Source of the DNA: Octopus sinensis
Taxonomy: Eukaryota
Direction: 5' to 3'
DNA: 64,000 nt
NCBI RefSeq assembly: GCF_006345805.1
Contig: NC_043000.1
Coordinates: 160,270,001-160,334,000, forward strand
Part shown: positions 13,338 through 25,765 of the stretch, one piece after another
How the letters are laid out: each line of letters starts with the position of its first letter
Numbering within the stretch: the stretch's first letter is position 1
The notes under the pieces: model-generated
The model's input: the letters and a program-made list of their open reading frames with translations, nothing else
Databases searched by the model: none
Told to the model about the DNA's origin: nothing
Program-made: the position numbers and the translations under genes

Positions 13338-13735
13338 TATTCCATCACAGCTATGTAAATATACATACTTGACAAGATCACCGGTACTGATAGGAAGTGC
13401 GTCGTCTGTACATTTAAACCAGAGGTTAACTCTAAAATTAGAAATATAGTCTACCGTATAAAAAGTATGGCGGATGAATGTAAGAACTCAACTACGGCAT
13501 GTATTGCCGAAGCCTCTATTATATATGCATATATATACATATATATCGATAGATAGATTGTTTGGTACGTTGTAGAAAAGTGTGTGTATATGTGTGTGTC
13601 CGTTGTGCACGCGCGCGTGGGTGCGTAAATGTGTGCGCAAATGTGTAAGAATATACGACAAATAGTGAAATATATGGATTTATATACAGGCTGACTGGCA
13701 GACGAACAGAAAGATAAAGAGATAGATAGATAGAT

Positions 13736-13815
<80 letters not shown>

Positions 13816-14154
13816 GATAGATTTTTACGTAACTAACTTCTTAATTATTTGTTTTAAAACTAATATGATTCATTATGCGGCCATGTTTAATCTTTAGCAT
13901 GTTGACTCTAACGAGGATTGTTTCTTGTCCTTAAACTCCCGCCAGTTCAAATTCATACTCCTCGCTAAACTTCTAGAGGTTTCGGCAATACATGCCGTAG
14001 TTGAGTTCTTACATTCATCCGCCATACTTTTTATACGGTAGACTATATTTCTAATTTTAGAGTTAACCTCTGGTTTAAATGTACAGACGACGCACTTCCT
14101 ATCAGTACCGGTGATCTTGTCAAGTATGTATATTTACATAGCTGTGATGGAATA
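13338..14154. repeat. 181-bp near-perfect inverted repeat (13338-13518 / 13974-14154) around a ~455-bp microsatellite-rich spacer
   Basis: The arms are reverse complements; I found one mismatch by eye (GAAGCC vs GGTTTC). The spacer includes (GATA)n at ~13722-13822. Confidence 0.92.
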
Positions 14155-15019
14155 GACACTCCTAGATTTTCTACCACCTAAAAAGTTAGAATTGTAAACT
14201 CACATACACATATTTTCGTTCACAAAACCAATCTCACAATCACGCACACACACGCATATTCCCGCACACGGTCATACACACACATACGCACTAAGGGGTA
14301 ACCACGGCTGAAAATACACACTTTTCTTCACATAAGAAACTCAATGCACCTGTAGACTCTTTTGGAGATGACAAGCAAGAATATTTTAAGCGAAGCTGTC
14401 CTGTGATACAGAGGCCAGCTCGCTAAAGCGGCCACTAATGATCAATGTACACGTGCTCGCGCACACACATCTAAGCAGGCACGCGAGCGTAAACACACTC
14501 GCATATACACTTCTTTTGACTACAACCCTTTAGTTTTCTCTTAATTCATCACACCTTTACACCCCCACATGTACGTAGAGATAAGACTAATACTCAATCA
14601 CAGAGCAGGCTGGAGGACGGAGGGCTTTTCATTGATGAGATCGTTGTGAGCTATGAAAAGCGTTAGCAAACAATTGATAAGTGGCCACCCTCTAAAAAAA
14701 AAATTAAACAATCTGTTGATTAGTTGAAATCGAATTAGTGCGTATATTTACTATTACTTGCATAAAGATGCTCCGTAGATACAAGAACTGCAAATATTCC
14801 AAAATGAACGGATCGTGGCTATATATTTTTGAGATGTCTCTGTGTGCGTATATATGAGTGTGCATGTGTATGTCTCTATATGCATGGATGTGTATATGCA
14901 TCTCTGTATGGGTATATAAACATAAACTCACACACACACATACATACATATATTAAGAAAAATAAGGTAGGCATAAATTTGGATAATTTTGGATGTGTAT
15001 ATGTGTGCGTGTGTGCATG

Positions 15020-15061
<42 letters not shown>

Positions 15062-15997
15062 CATACATACATACATACATATTGATATACATATATATGC
15101 ATATGTATATGTATATAGGCATGGGCTTTGTATGTAAAAAGATAAATGGATAGATAGAAAATGTATGCATAAATGTATATTCATCTATATATATCATACG
15201 AATATATGTAGGCTTATATGTAAAATGAACATAGAAAGCAGTGAAATGTAATAATCAGCTATATAACTGTGTGGACTTGCGTACGTGTTTGTGCGCATGC
15301 ACGTGAGATTGTGAAAGCTTGTTATCTCTTCTGACACAAAATACACATTTCATTGCTATTTTTAATGTATATATAATCGTTTGTAAGTGTCTATAGAGAT
15401 GTTTGTTTTCATGTGTGCGTATAACTGTGCATTTCTGTTTTCAGCATAGCTAGTGATGTATGCATACATATTTACATACATACATGTGTACGTATGTGAG
15501 AGGAGAAAGGAAGTGAGAGAAGAAGGAAAAAGAGAGAGAGAGAGATTAAGAGAAAGAGATACGTGTGTTTATGTGTGTACCCGTAACAACATATGTCCAG
15601 TCCGGGACTTGTAACTGATAAACATCGGTTGGCTTCATATGAACATGGCACTAGTGATATTCAGAAAACAGATGTTAAGCATTGCAAGAGATGGACTAAG
15701 GCATTGGGTGAATAGGCAATATTTATCTGCGTTACGTAACAGTTGCTAAGAATAATTTTGTTCATTGTGGAGTTACGATGGGTATCATTTCTTGGGAAGG
15801 CGAAGATTCGGGCAGAAATTCGATCTGCAGTTGTGACTACTTTAATCATTCCATTCTATTAATCACTGTTCTTATGGAAGATAAGCCATCATTTCTTTTT
15901 CTTCTCTCTTGTCTCCTCCCAGAAGTGCTTCCTAATATTTCATCACATGAGATTTCAAAATACCACTTAAAAAGCTATATCGCATTTACATATTTTG

Positions 15998-16331
15998 CAA
16001 GGGTTCTCAACCATTTTTTATCTATGGATTTCGATCACTATTCTCTTCTGGTGGGCTACCATACCTATTCAATGTTAAAAAATTACTTTTATAGAAACTT
16101 CTTTCAAAATTACATTTTTTTCTTTTCAAACATTCACTTGTATAGTTTGAAGTATGTAAAATGTTAGTGTAAAAACTTAGTTGCTTCTTGCAATACGTAC
16201 ATCTAAAGCAACGATTTCTCAGGGTATTTGGAATACTATTGTGGATTACCAATTCCCCATTTAGTGCATAAACGCCCCAAAATCATATATAGACTCTCAG
16301 GGGCCATATGGACCCCAGTTGAGAACCACTG
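15998..16331. mobile_element. hAT-type MITE relic
   Basis: The ends CAAGGGTTCTCAAC and GTTGAGAACCACTG are imperfect TIRs of the CAGTGGTTCTCAAC (Charlie-like) type. No TSD is recognisable. Confidence 0.55.
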
Positions 16332-16445
16332 GTTTACATATATATATCTAAATCTATCTCACTATCTCTCTCTTTATATATATATACACACACACACATA
16401 CACACACATATATATAGAGAGCTAGACAGATACATAATAGATAGA

Positions 16446-19400
16446 TATATTGTATAAAGGGCATTATTACACATAAATGCCTCACACTAGGAGGGACAAA
16501 GTCATTACTACCAAAAATTATACTAATCATACCCAAATGCAGTTTTTCAAAGCAAGACATTTAAAAATGAATTATGTTCTGTATCACCGTGATTTCACAT
16601 ACAACTTGCGTCTAATGATCTTCAGCAGAACTGATTCTGAATACATCATAAATAAACCAACCTTATGTAGCGAAGACGAACAGACAACTGTTCACTCCGG
16701 CCAAGCACATGGAATGTTTATAAATCATATATCCGGTAAATGGCGGGCTTTTTACGAACTGCATGTCGGTAGTAATGAAGTATTTCGGAATAAGTTTAAC
16801 AATTAAGGATAATCTCTTAATAGGGATCTTAACAAGAAATTATCGGGTAGCTAGCGTGAAAACCTCATAAAAGAAAAGAATCCGAAAATAATTTTTTTCT
16901 TTTGAACAAATTAATTATATCTATATGTATAAAGGGCATTATTACACATAAATGCCTCACACTAGGAGGGACAAAGTCATTACTACCAAAAATTATACTA
17001 ATCATACCCAAATGCAGTTTTTCAAAGCAAGACATTTAAAAATGAATTATGTTCTGTATCACCGTGATTTCACATACAACTTGCGTCTAATGATCTTCAG
17101 CAGAACTGATTCTGAATACATCATAAATAAACCAACCTTATGTAGCGAAGACGAACAGACAACTGTCACTCCGGCCAAGCACATGGAATGTTTATAAATC
17201 ATATATCCGGTAAATGGCGGGCTTTTTACGAACTGCATGTCGGGTAATGAAAAGTATTTCGGAATAAGTTTAACAATTAAGGATAATCTCTTAATAAGGG
17301 ATCTTAACAAGAAATTATCGGGTAGCTAGCGTGAAAACCTCATAAAAGAAAAGAATCCGAAAATAATTTTTTTTTTTTGAACAAATTAATTATATCTATA
17401 TTGTATAAAGGGCATTATTACACATAAATGCCTCACACTAGGAGGGACAAAGTCATTACTACCAAAAATTATACTAATCATACCCAAATGCAGTTTTTCA
17501 AAGCAAGACATTTAAAAATGAATTATGTTCTGTATCACCGTGATTTCACATACAACTTGCGTCTAATGATCTTCAGCAGAACTGATTCTGAATACATCAT
17601 AATAAACCAACCTTATGTAGCGAAGACGAACAGACAACTGTTCACTCCGGCCAAGCACATGGAATGTTTATAAATCATATATCCGGTAAATGGCGGGCTT
17701 TTTACGAACTGCATGTCGGGTAATGAAAAGTATTTCGGAATAAGTTTAACAATTAAGGATAATCTCTTAATAAGGGATCTTAACAAGAAATTATCGGGTA
17801 GCTAGCGTGAAAACCTCATAAAAGAAAAGAATCCGAAAATAATTTTTTTCTTTTGAACAAATTAATTATATCTATATTGTATAAAGGGCATTATTACACA
17901 TAAATGCCTCACACTAGGAGGGACAAAGTCATTACTACCAAAAATTATACTAATCATACCCAAATGCAGTTTTTCAAAGCAAGACATTTAAAAATGAATT
18001 ATGTTCTGTATCACCGTGATTTCACATACAACTTGCGTCTAATGATCTTCAGCAGAACTGATTCTGAATACATCATAAATAAACCAACCTTATGTAGCGA
18101 AGACGAACAGACAACTGTTCACTCCGGCCAAGCACATGGAATGTTTATAAATCATATATCCGGTAAATGGCGGGCTTTTTACGAACTGCATGTCGGGTAA
18201 TGAAAAGTATTTCGGAATAAGTTTAACAATTAAGGATAATCTCTTAATAAGGGATCTTAACAAGAAATTATCGGGTAGCTAGCGTGAAAACCTCATAAAA
18301 GAAAAGAATCCGAAAATAATTTTTTTTCTTGAACAAATTAATTATATCTATATTGTATAAGGGCATTATTACACATAAATGCCTCACACTAGGAGGGACA
18401 AAGTCATTACTACCAAAAATTATACTAATCATACCCAAATGCAGTTTTTCAAAGCAAGACATTTAAAAATGAATTATGTTCTGTATCACCGTGATTTCAC
18501 ATACAACTTGCGTCTAATGATCTTCAGCAGAACTGATTCTGAATACATCATAAATAAACCAACCTTATGTAGCGAAGACGAACAGACAACTGTTCACTCC
18601 GGCCAAGCACATGGAATGTTTATAAATCATATATCCGGTAAATGGCGGGCTTTTTACGAACTGCATGTCGGGTAATGAAAAGTATTTCGGAATAAGTTTA
18701 ACAATTAAGGATAATCTCTTAATAGGGATCTTAACAAGAAATTATCGGGTAGCTAGCGTGAAAACCTCATAAAAGAAAAGAATCCGAAAATAATTTTTTT
18801 CTTTTGAACAAATTAATTATATCTATATTGTATAAAGGGCATTATTACACATAAATGCCTCACACTAGGAGGGACAAAGTCATTACTACCAAAAATTATA
18901 CTAATCATACCCAAATGCAGTTTTTCAAAGCAAGACATTTAAAAATGAATTATGTTCTGTATCACCGTGATTTCACATACAACTTGCGTCTAATGATCTT
19001 CAGCAGAACTGATTCTGAATACATCATAAATAAACCAACCTTATGTAGCGAAGACGAACAGACAACTGTTCACTCCGGCCAAGCACATGGAATGTTTAAA
19101 TCATATATCCGGTAAATGGCGGGCTTTTTACGAACTGCATGTCGGGTAATGAAAAGTATTTCGGAATAAGTTTAACAATTAAGGATAATCTCTTAATAAG
19201 GGATCTTAACAAGAAATTATCGGGTAGCTAGCGTGAAAACCTCATAAAAGAAAAGAATCCGAAAATAATTTTTTTCTTTTGAACAAATTAATATATATAT
19301 TGTATAAAGGGCATTATTACACATAAATGCCTCACACTAGAGGGACAAAGTCATTACTACCAAAAATTATACTAATCATACCCAAATGCAGTTTTTCAAA

Positions 19401-21277
19401 GCAAGACATTTAAAAATGAATTATGTTCTGTATCACCGTGATTTCACATACAACTTGCGTCTAATGATCTTCAGCAGAACTGATTCTGAATACATCATAA
19501 ATAAACCAACCTTATGTAGCGAAGACGAACAGACAACTGTTCACTCCGGCCAAGCACATGGAATGTTATAAATCATATATCCGGTAAATGGCGGGCTTTT
19601 TACGAACTGCATGTCGGGTAATGAAAAGTATTTCGGAATAAGTTTAACAATTAAGGATAATCTCTTAATAAGGGATTTAACAAGAAATTATCGGGTAGCT
19701 AGCGTGAAAACCTCATAAAAGAAAAGAATCCGAAAATAATTTTTTTCTTTTGAACAAATTAATATATATATTGTATAAAGGGCATTATTACACATAAATG
19801 CCTCACACTAGGAGGGACAAAGTCATTACTACCAAAAATTATACTAATCATACCCAAATGCAGTTTTTCAAAGCAAGACATTTAAAAATGAATTATGTTC
19901 TGTATCACCGTGATTTCACATACAACTTGCGTCTAATGATCTTCAGCAGAACTGATTCTGAATACATCATAAATAAACCAACCTTATGTAGCGAAGACGA
20001 ACAGACAACTGTTCACTCCGGCCAAGCACATGGAATGTTTATAAATCATATCCGGTAAATGGCGGGCTTTTTACGAACTGCATGTCGGGTAATGAAAAGT
20101 ATTTCGGAATAAGTTTAACAATTAAGGATAATCTCTTAATAAGGGATCTTAACAAGAAATTATCGGGTAGCTAGCGTGAAAACCTCATAAAAGAAAAGAA
20201 TCCGAAAATAATTTTTTTCTTTTGAACAAATTAATTATATCTATATTGTATAAAGGGCATTATTACACATAAATGCCTCACACTAGGAGGGACAAAGTCA
20301 TTACTACCAAAAATTATACTAATCATACCCAAATGCAGTTTTTCAAAGCAAGACATTTAAAAATGAATTATGTTCTGTATCACCGTGATTTCACATACAA
20401 CTTGCGTCTAATGATCTTCAGCAGAACTGATTCTGAATACATCAAAATAAACCAACCTTATGTAGCGAAGACGAACAGACAACTGTTCACTCGGCCAAGC
20501 ACATGGAATGTTTATAAATCATATATCCGGTAAATGGCGGGCTTTTTACGAACTGCATGTCGGGTAATGAAAAGTATTTCGGAATAAGTTTAACAATTAA
20601 GGATAATCTCTTAATAAGGGATCTTAACAAGAAATTATCGGGTAGCTAGCGTGAAAACCTCATAAAAGAAAAGAATCCGAAAATAATTTTTTTCTTTTGA
20701 ACAAATTAATTATATCTATATTGTATAAAGGGCATTATTACACATAAATGCCTCACACTAGGAGGGACAAAGTCATTACTACCAAAAATTATACTAATCA
20801 TACCCAAATGCAGTTTTTCAAAGCAAGACATTTAAAAATGAATTATGTTCTGTATCACCGTGATTTCACATACAACTTGCGTCTAATGATCTTCAGCAGA
20901 ACTGATTCTGAATACATCATAAATAAACCAACCTTATGTAGCGAAGACGAACAGACAACTGTTCACTCCGGCCAAGCACATGGAATGTTTATAAATCATA
21001 TATCCGGTAAATGGCGGGCTTTTTACGAACTGCATGTCGGGTAATGAAAAGTATTTCGGAATAAGTTTAACAATTAAGGATAATCTCTTAATAAGGGATC
21101 TTAACAAGAAATTATCGGGTAGCTAGCGTGAAAACCTCATAAAAGAAAGAATCCGAAAATAATTTTTTTCTTTTGAACAAATTAATTATATCTATATTGT
21201 ATAAAGGGCATTATTACACATAAATGCCTCACACTAGGAGGGACAAAGTCATTACTACAAAAAATTATACTAATCAT
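16446..21277 (-). repeat. Left arm of 476-bp HHR satellite (retrozyme-like array): 10 full monomers plus a partial one
   Basis: The period of ~475-476 bp is shown by recurring ORF starts (16477, 16952, 17428, 17904, 18379, 18855...). HHRs lie on the minus strand at plus-coordinates 16576, 17051, 17527, 18003, 18478, 18954, 19425, 19897, 20372 and 20847. Confidence 0.97.
16576..16631 (-). ncRNA. Type I hammerhead ribozyme motif of the 476-bp monomer (first left-arm copy)
   Basis: Reverse complement of the motif detailed for 21596-21651; identical sequence. Confidence 0.75.
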
Positions 21278-24200
21278 TTATGTGTAATAATGCCCTTTAT
21301 ACAATATAGATATAATTAATTTGTTCAAAAGAAAAAAATTATTTTCGGATTCTTTTCTTTTATGAGGTTTTCACGCTAGCTACCCGATAATTCTTGTTAA
21401 GATCCCTTATAAGAGATTATCCTTAATTGTTAAACTTATTCCGAAATACTTTTCATTACCCGACATGCAGTTCGTAAAAAGCCGCCATTTACCGGATATA
21501 TGATTTATAAACATCCATGTGCTTGGCCGGAGTGAACAGTTGTCTGTTCGTCTTCGCTACATAAGGTTGGTTTATTTATGATGTATTCAGAATCAGTTCT
21601 GCTGAAGATCATTAGACGCAAGTTGTATGTGAAATCACGGTGATACAGAACATAATTCATTTTTAAATGTCTTGCTTTGAAAAACTGCATTTGGGTATGA
21701 TAGTAGTATAATTTTTGGTAGTAATGACTTTGTCCCTCCTAGTGTGAGGCATTTATGTGTAATAATGCCCTTTATACAATATAGATATAATTAATTTGTT
21801 CAAAAGAAAAAAATTATTTTCGGATTCTTTTCTTTTATGAGGTTTTCACGCTAGCTACCCGATAATTTCTTGTTAAGATCCCTTATTAAGAGATTATCCT
21901 TAATGTTAAACTTATTCCGAAATACTTTTCATTACCCGACATGCAGTTCGTAAAAGCCCGCCATTTACCGGATATATGATTTATAAACATTCCATGTGCT
22001 GGCCGGAGTGAACAGTTGTCTGTTCGTCTTCGCTACATAAGGTTGGTTTATTTATGATGTATTCAGAATCAGTTCTGCTGAAGATCATTAGACGCAAGTT
22101 GTATGTGAAATCACGGTGATACAGAACATAATTCATTTTTAAATGTCTTGCTTTGAAAAACTGCATTTGGGTATGATTAGTATAATTTTTGGTAGTAATG
22201 ACTTTGTCCCTCCTAGTGTGAGGCATTTATGTGTAATAATGCCCTTTATACAATATAGATATAATTAATTTGTTCAAAAGAAAAAAATTATTTTCGGATT
22301 CTTTTCTTTTATGAGGTTTTCACGCTAGCTACCCGATAATTCTTGTTAAGATCCCTTATTAAGAGATTATCCTTAATTGTTAAACTTATTCCGAAATACT
22401 TTTCATACCCGACATGCAGTTCGTAAAAGCCCGCCATTTACCGGATATATGATTTATAAACATTCCATGTGCTTGGCCGGAGTGAACAGTTGTCTGTTCG
22501 TCTTCGCTACATAAGGTTGGTTTATTTATGATGTATTCAGAATCAGTTCTGCTGAAGATCATTAGACGCAAGTTGTATGTGAAATCACGGTGATACAGAA
22601 CATAATTCATTTTTAAATGTCTTGCTTTGAAAAACTGCATTTGGGTATGATTAGTATAATTTTGGTAGTAATGACTTTGTCCCTCCTAGTGTGAGGCATT
22701 TATGTGTAATAATGCCCTTTATACAATATAGATATAATTAATTTGTTCAAAAGAAAAAAATTATTTTCGGATTCTTTTCTTTTATGAGGTTTTCACGCTA
22801 GCTACCCGATAATTTCTTGTTAAGATCCCTTATTAAGAGATTATCCTTAATTGTTTAACTTATTCCGAAATACTTTTCATTACCCGACATGCAGTTCGTA
22901 AAAAGCCCGCCATTTACCGGATATATGATTTATAAACATTCCATGTGCTTGGCCGGAGTGAACAGTTGTCTGTTCGTCTTCGCTACAGAGGTTGGTTTAT
23001 TTATGATGTATTCAGAATCAGTTCTGCTGAAGATCATTAGACGCAAGTTGTATGTGAAATCACGGTGATACAGAACATAATTCATTTTTAAATGTCTTGC
23101 TTTGAAAAACTGCATTGGGTATGATTAGTATAATTTTGGTAGTAATGACTTTGTCCCTCCTAGTGTGAGGCATTTATGTGTAATAATGCCCTTTATACAA
23201 TATAGATATAATAATTTGTTCAAAAGAAAAAAATTATTTTCGGATTCTTTTCTTTTATGAGGTTTTCACGCTAGCTACCCGATAATTTCTTGTTAAGATC
23301 CCTTATTAAGAGATTATCCTTAATTGTTAAACTTATTCCGAAATACTTTTCATTACCGACATGCAGTTCGTAAAAAGCCCGCCATTTACCGGATATATGA
23401 TTTATAAACATTCCATGTGCTTGGCCGGAGTGAACAGTTGTCTGTTCGTCTTCGCTACATAAGGTTGGTTTATTTATGATGTATTCAGAATCAGTTCTGC
23501 TGAAGATCATTAGACGCAAGTTGTATGTGAAATCACGGTGATACAGAACACAATTCATTTTTAAATGTCTTGCTTTGAAAAACTGCATTTGGGTATGATT
23601 AGTATAATTTTTGGTAGTAATGACTTTGTCCCTCCTAGTGTGAGGCATTTATGTGTAATAATGCCCTTTATACAATATAGATATAATTAATTTGTTCAAA
23701 AGAAAAAAATTATTTTCGGATTCTTTTCTTTTATGAGGTTTTCACGCTAGCTACCCGATAATTTCTTGTTAAGATCCCTTATTAAGAGATTATCCTTAAT
23801 TGTTAAACTTATTCCGAAATACTTTTCATTACCCGACATGCAGTTCGTAAAAAGCCCGCCATTTACCGGATATATGATTTATAAACATTCCATGTGCTTG
23901 GCCGGAGTGAACAGTTGTCTGTTCGTCTTCGCTACATAAGGTTGGTTTATTTATGATGTATTCAGAATCAGTTCTGCTGAAGATCATTAGACGCAAGTTG
24001 TATGTGAAATCACGGTGATACAGAACATAATTCATTTTTAAATGTCTTGCTTTGAAAAACTGCATTTGGGTATGATTAGTATAATTTTGGTAGTAATGAC
24101 TTTGTCCCTCCTAGTGTGAGGCATTTATGTGTAATAATGCCCTTTATACAATATAGATATAATTAATTTGTTCAAAAGAAAAAAATTATTTTCGGATTCT

Positions 24201-24754
24201 TTTCTTTTATGAGGTTTTCACGCTAGCTACCCGATAATTTCTTGTTAAGATCCCTTATTAAGAGATTATCCTTAATTGTTAAACTTATCCGAAATACTTT
24301 TCATTACCCGACATGCAGTTCGTAAAAAGCCCGCCATTTACCGGATATATGATTTATAAACATTCCATGTGCTGGCCGGAGTGAACAGTTGTCTGTTCGT
24401 CTTCGCTACATAAGGTTGGTTTATTTATGATGTATTCAGAATCAGTTCTGCTGAAGATCATTAGACGCAAGTTGTATGTGAAATCACGGTGATACAGAAC
24501 ATAATTCATTTTTAAATGTCTTGCTTTGAAAAACTGCATTTGGGTATGATTAGTATAATTTTGGTAGTAATGACTTGTCCCTCCTAGTGTGAGGCATTTA
24601 TGTGTAATAATGCCCTTTATACAATATAGATATAATTAATTTGTTCAAAAGAAAAAAATTATTTTCGGATTCTTTTCTTTTATGAGGTTTTCACGCTAGC
24701 TACCCGATAATTTCTTGTTAAGATCCCTTATTAAGAGATTATCCTTAATTGTTA

Positions 24755-24755
<1 letters not shown>
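21275..24755 (+). repeat. Right (inverted) arm of 476-bp HHR satellite: ~7.3 monomers
   Basis: Reverse complement of the left-arm unit. HHRs lie on the plus strand at 21596, 22072, 22546, 23021, 23494, 23971 and 24445. Confidence 0.97.
21596..21651 (+). ncRNA. Type I hammerhead ribozyme motif of the 476-bp monomer (first right-arm copy)
   Basis: GUUCUG [CUGAAGA] UCAUUAGAC-gcaa-GUUGUAUGU [GAAA] UCACGGUGA U A / CAGAAC. Stem I is a perfect 6 bp and extends via GAAU:AUUC. Stem III is the near-palindrome AUCACGGUGAU. Predicted cleavage is at 21645/21646. Confidence 0.75.
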
Positions 24756-24787
<32 letters not shown>

Positions 24788-24889
24788 TACAAGCGAAAAG
24801 AATGTAGTGAACAAGACTTTTTAATACGTTAATTTACGATTGTTGATCTGAATACTGTCTGATCAATCGTGCTGTAACATTCGTTTATA

Positions 24890-25765
24890 TATTGATCTCT
24901 GTCGGCATGCTCTTTGATCTCTGTCGGCACCCTTTTTGATCTCTGTCGGCACCCTCTTTGATCTCTATCGGCACCCACTTTGATCTCGGTCGGCACCCTC
25001 TTTGATCTCGGTCGGCACCCTCTCTGATCTCTGTCGGCACCCTCTTTTATCTCGGTCGGCACACTCTTTGATCTCTGACGGCACCCTCTCTGATCTCTGT
25101 CGGCACCCTCTTTGATCTCGGTCGGCACCCTCTTTGATCTCTGTCGGCATCCTCTTTGAACTCGGTCGGCACCATCTTTGATCTCTGTCGGCACCCTCTT
25201 TGATCTCTGTCGGCACCCTCTTTGATCTCGGTCGGCACCCTCTTTGATCTCGGTCGGCACCCTCTTTGATCTCTGTCGACACCCTCTCTGATCTCTGTCG
25301 GCACCCTCTCTGATCTCTGTCGGCACCCTCTTGGATCTCTGTCGGCACCCTCTTTGATCTCGGTCGGCACTCTCTTTGATCTCTGTCGGCACCCTCTTTG
25401 ATCCCGGTCGGCACCCTCTCTGATCTCTGTCGGCACCCTCTTTGATCTCGGTCGGAACTCTCTTTGATCTCTGTCGGCACCCTCTTTGATCTCTGTCGGC
25501 ACCCTCTTTGATCTCTGTCGGCACCCTCTTCGATCTCTGTCGGCACCCTCTTTGATCTCGGTCGGCACCCTCTTTGATCTCTGTCGGCACCCTCTTTGAT
25601 CTCATTCGGCACCCTCTTTGATCTCGGTCGGCACCCTCTTTGATCTCGGTCGGCACCCTCTTTGATCTCTGTTGGCACCCTCTTTGATCTCGGTCGGCAC
25701 CCTCTTTGATCTCTGCCGGCACCCTCTTTGATCTCTGTCGGCACCCTCTTTGATCTCTTTCGGCA
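24890..25765. repeat. 22-bp GC-rich minisatellite (GATCTC[T/G]GTCGGCACCCTCTTT), ~39-40 copies
   Basis: The unit is read directly; three units give the 22-aa period seen in all three minus-strand ORFs. Confidence 0.97.

Noticed and set aside
14628-14665. GCTTTTCAT...ATGAAAAGC hairpin with TGATGA (C/D snoRNA-like)
   Set aside because: It is too short and has no proper D box (CTGA).
16477-24539. Recurrent 61-125 aa ORFs (MPHTRRDK.../MQFFKARH...) in the 476-bp unit
   Set aside because: There is no recognisable domain and the ends vary with indels. The ORF lies antisense to the HHR, and the repetition only reflects the tandem array.
24829-25744. 173-297 aa repetitive ORFs; also a possible CRISPR-like array
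   Set aside because: They are by-products of a 22-bp minisatellite. There are no unique spacers, no cas genes, and the context is eukaryotic.
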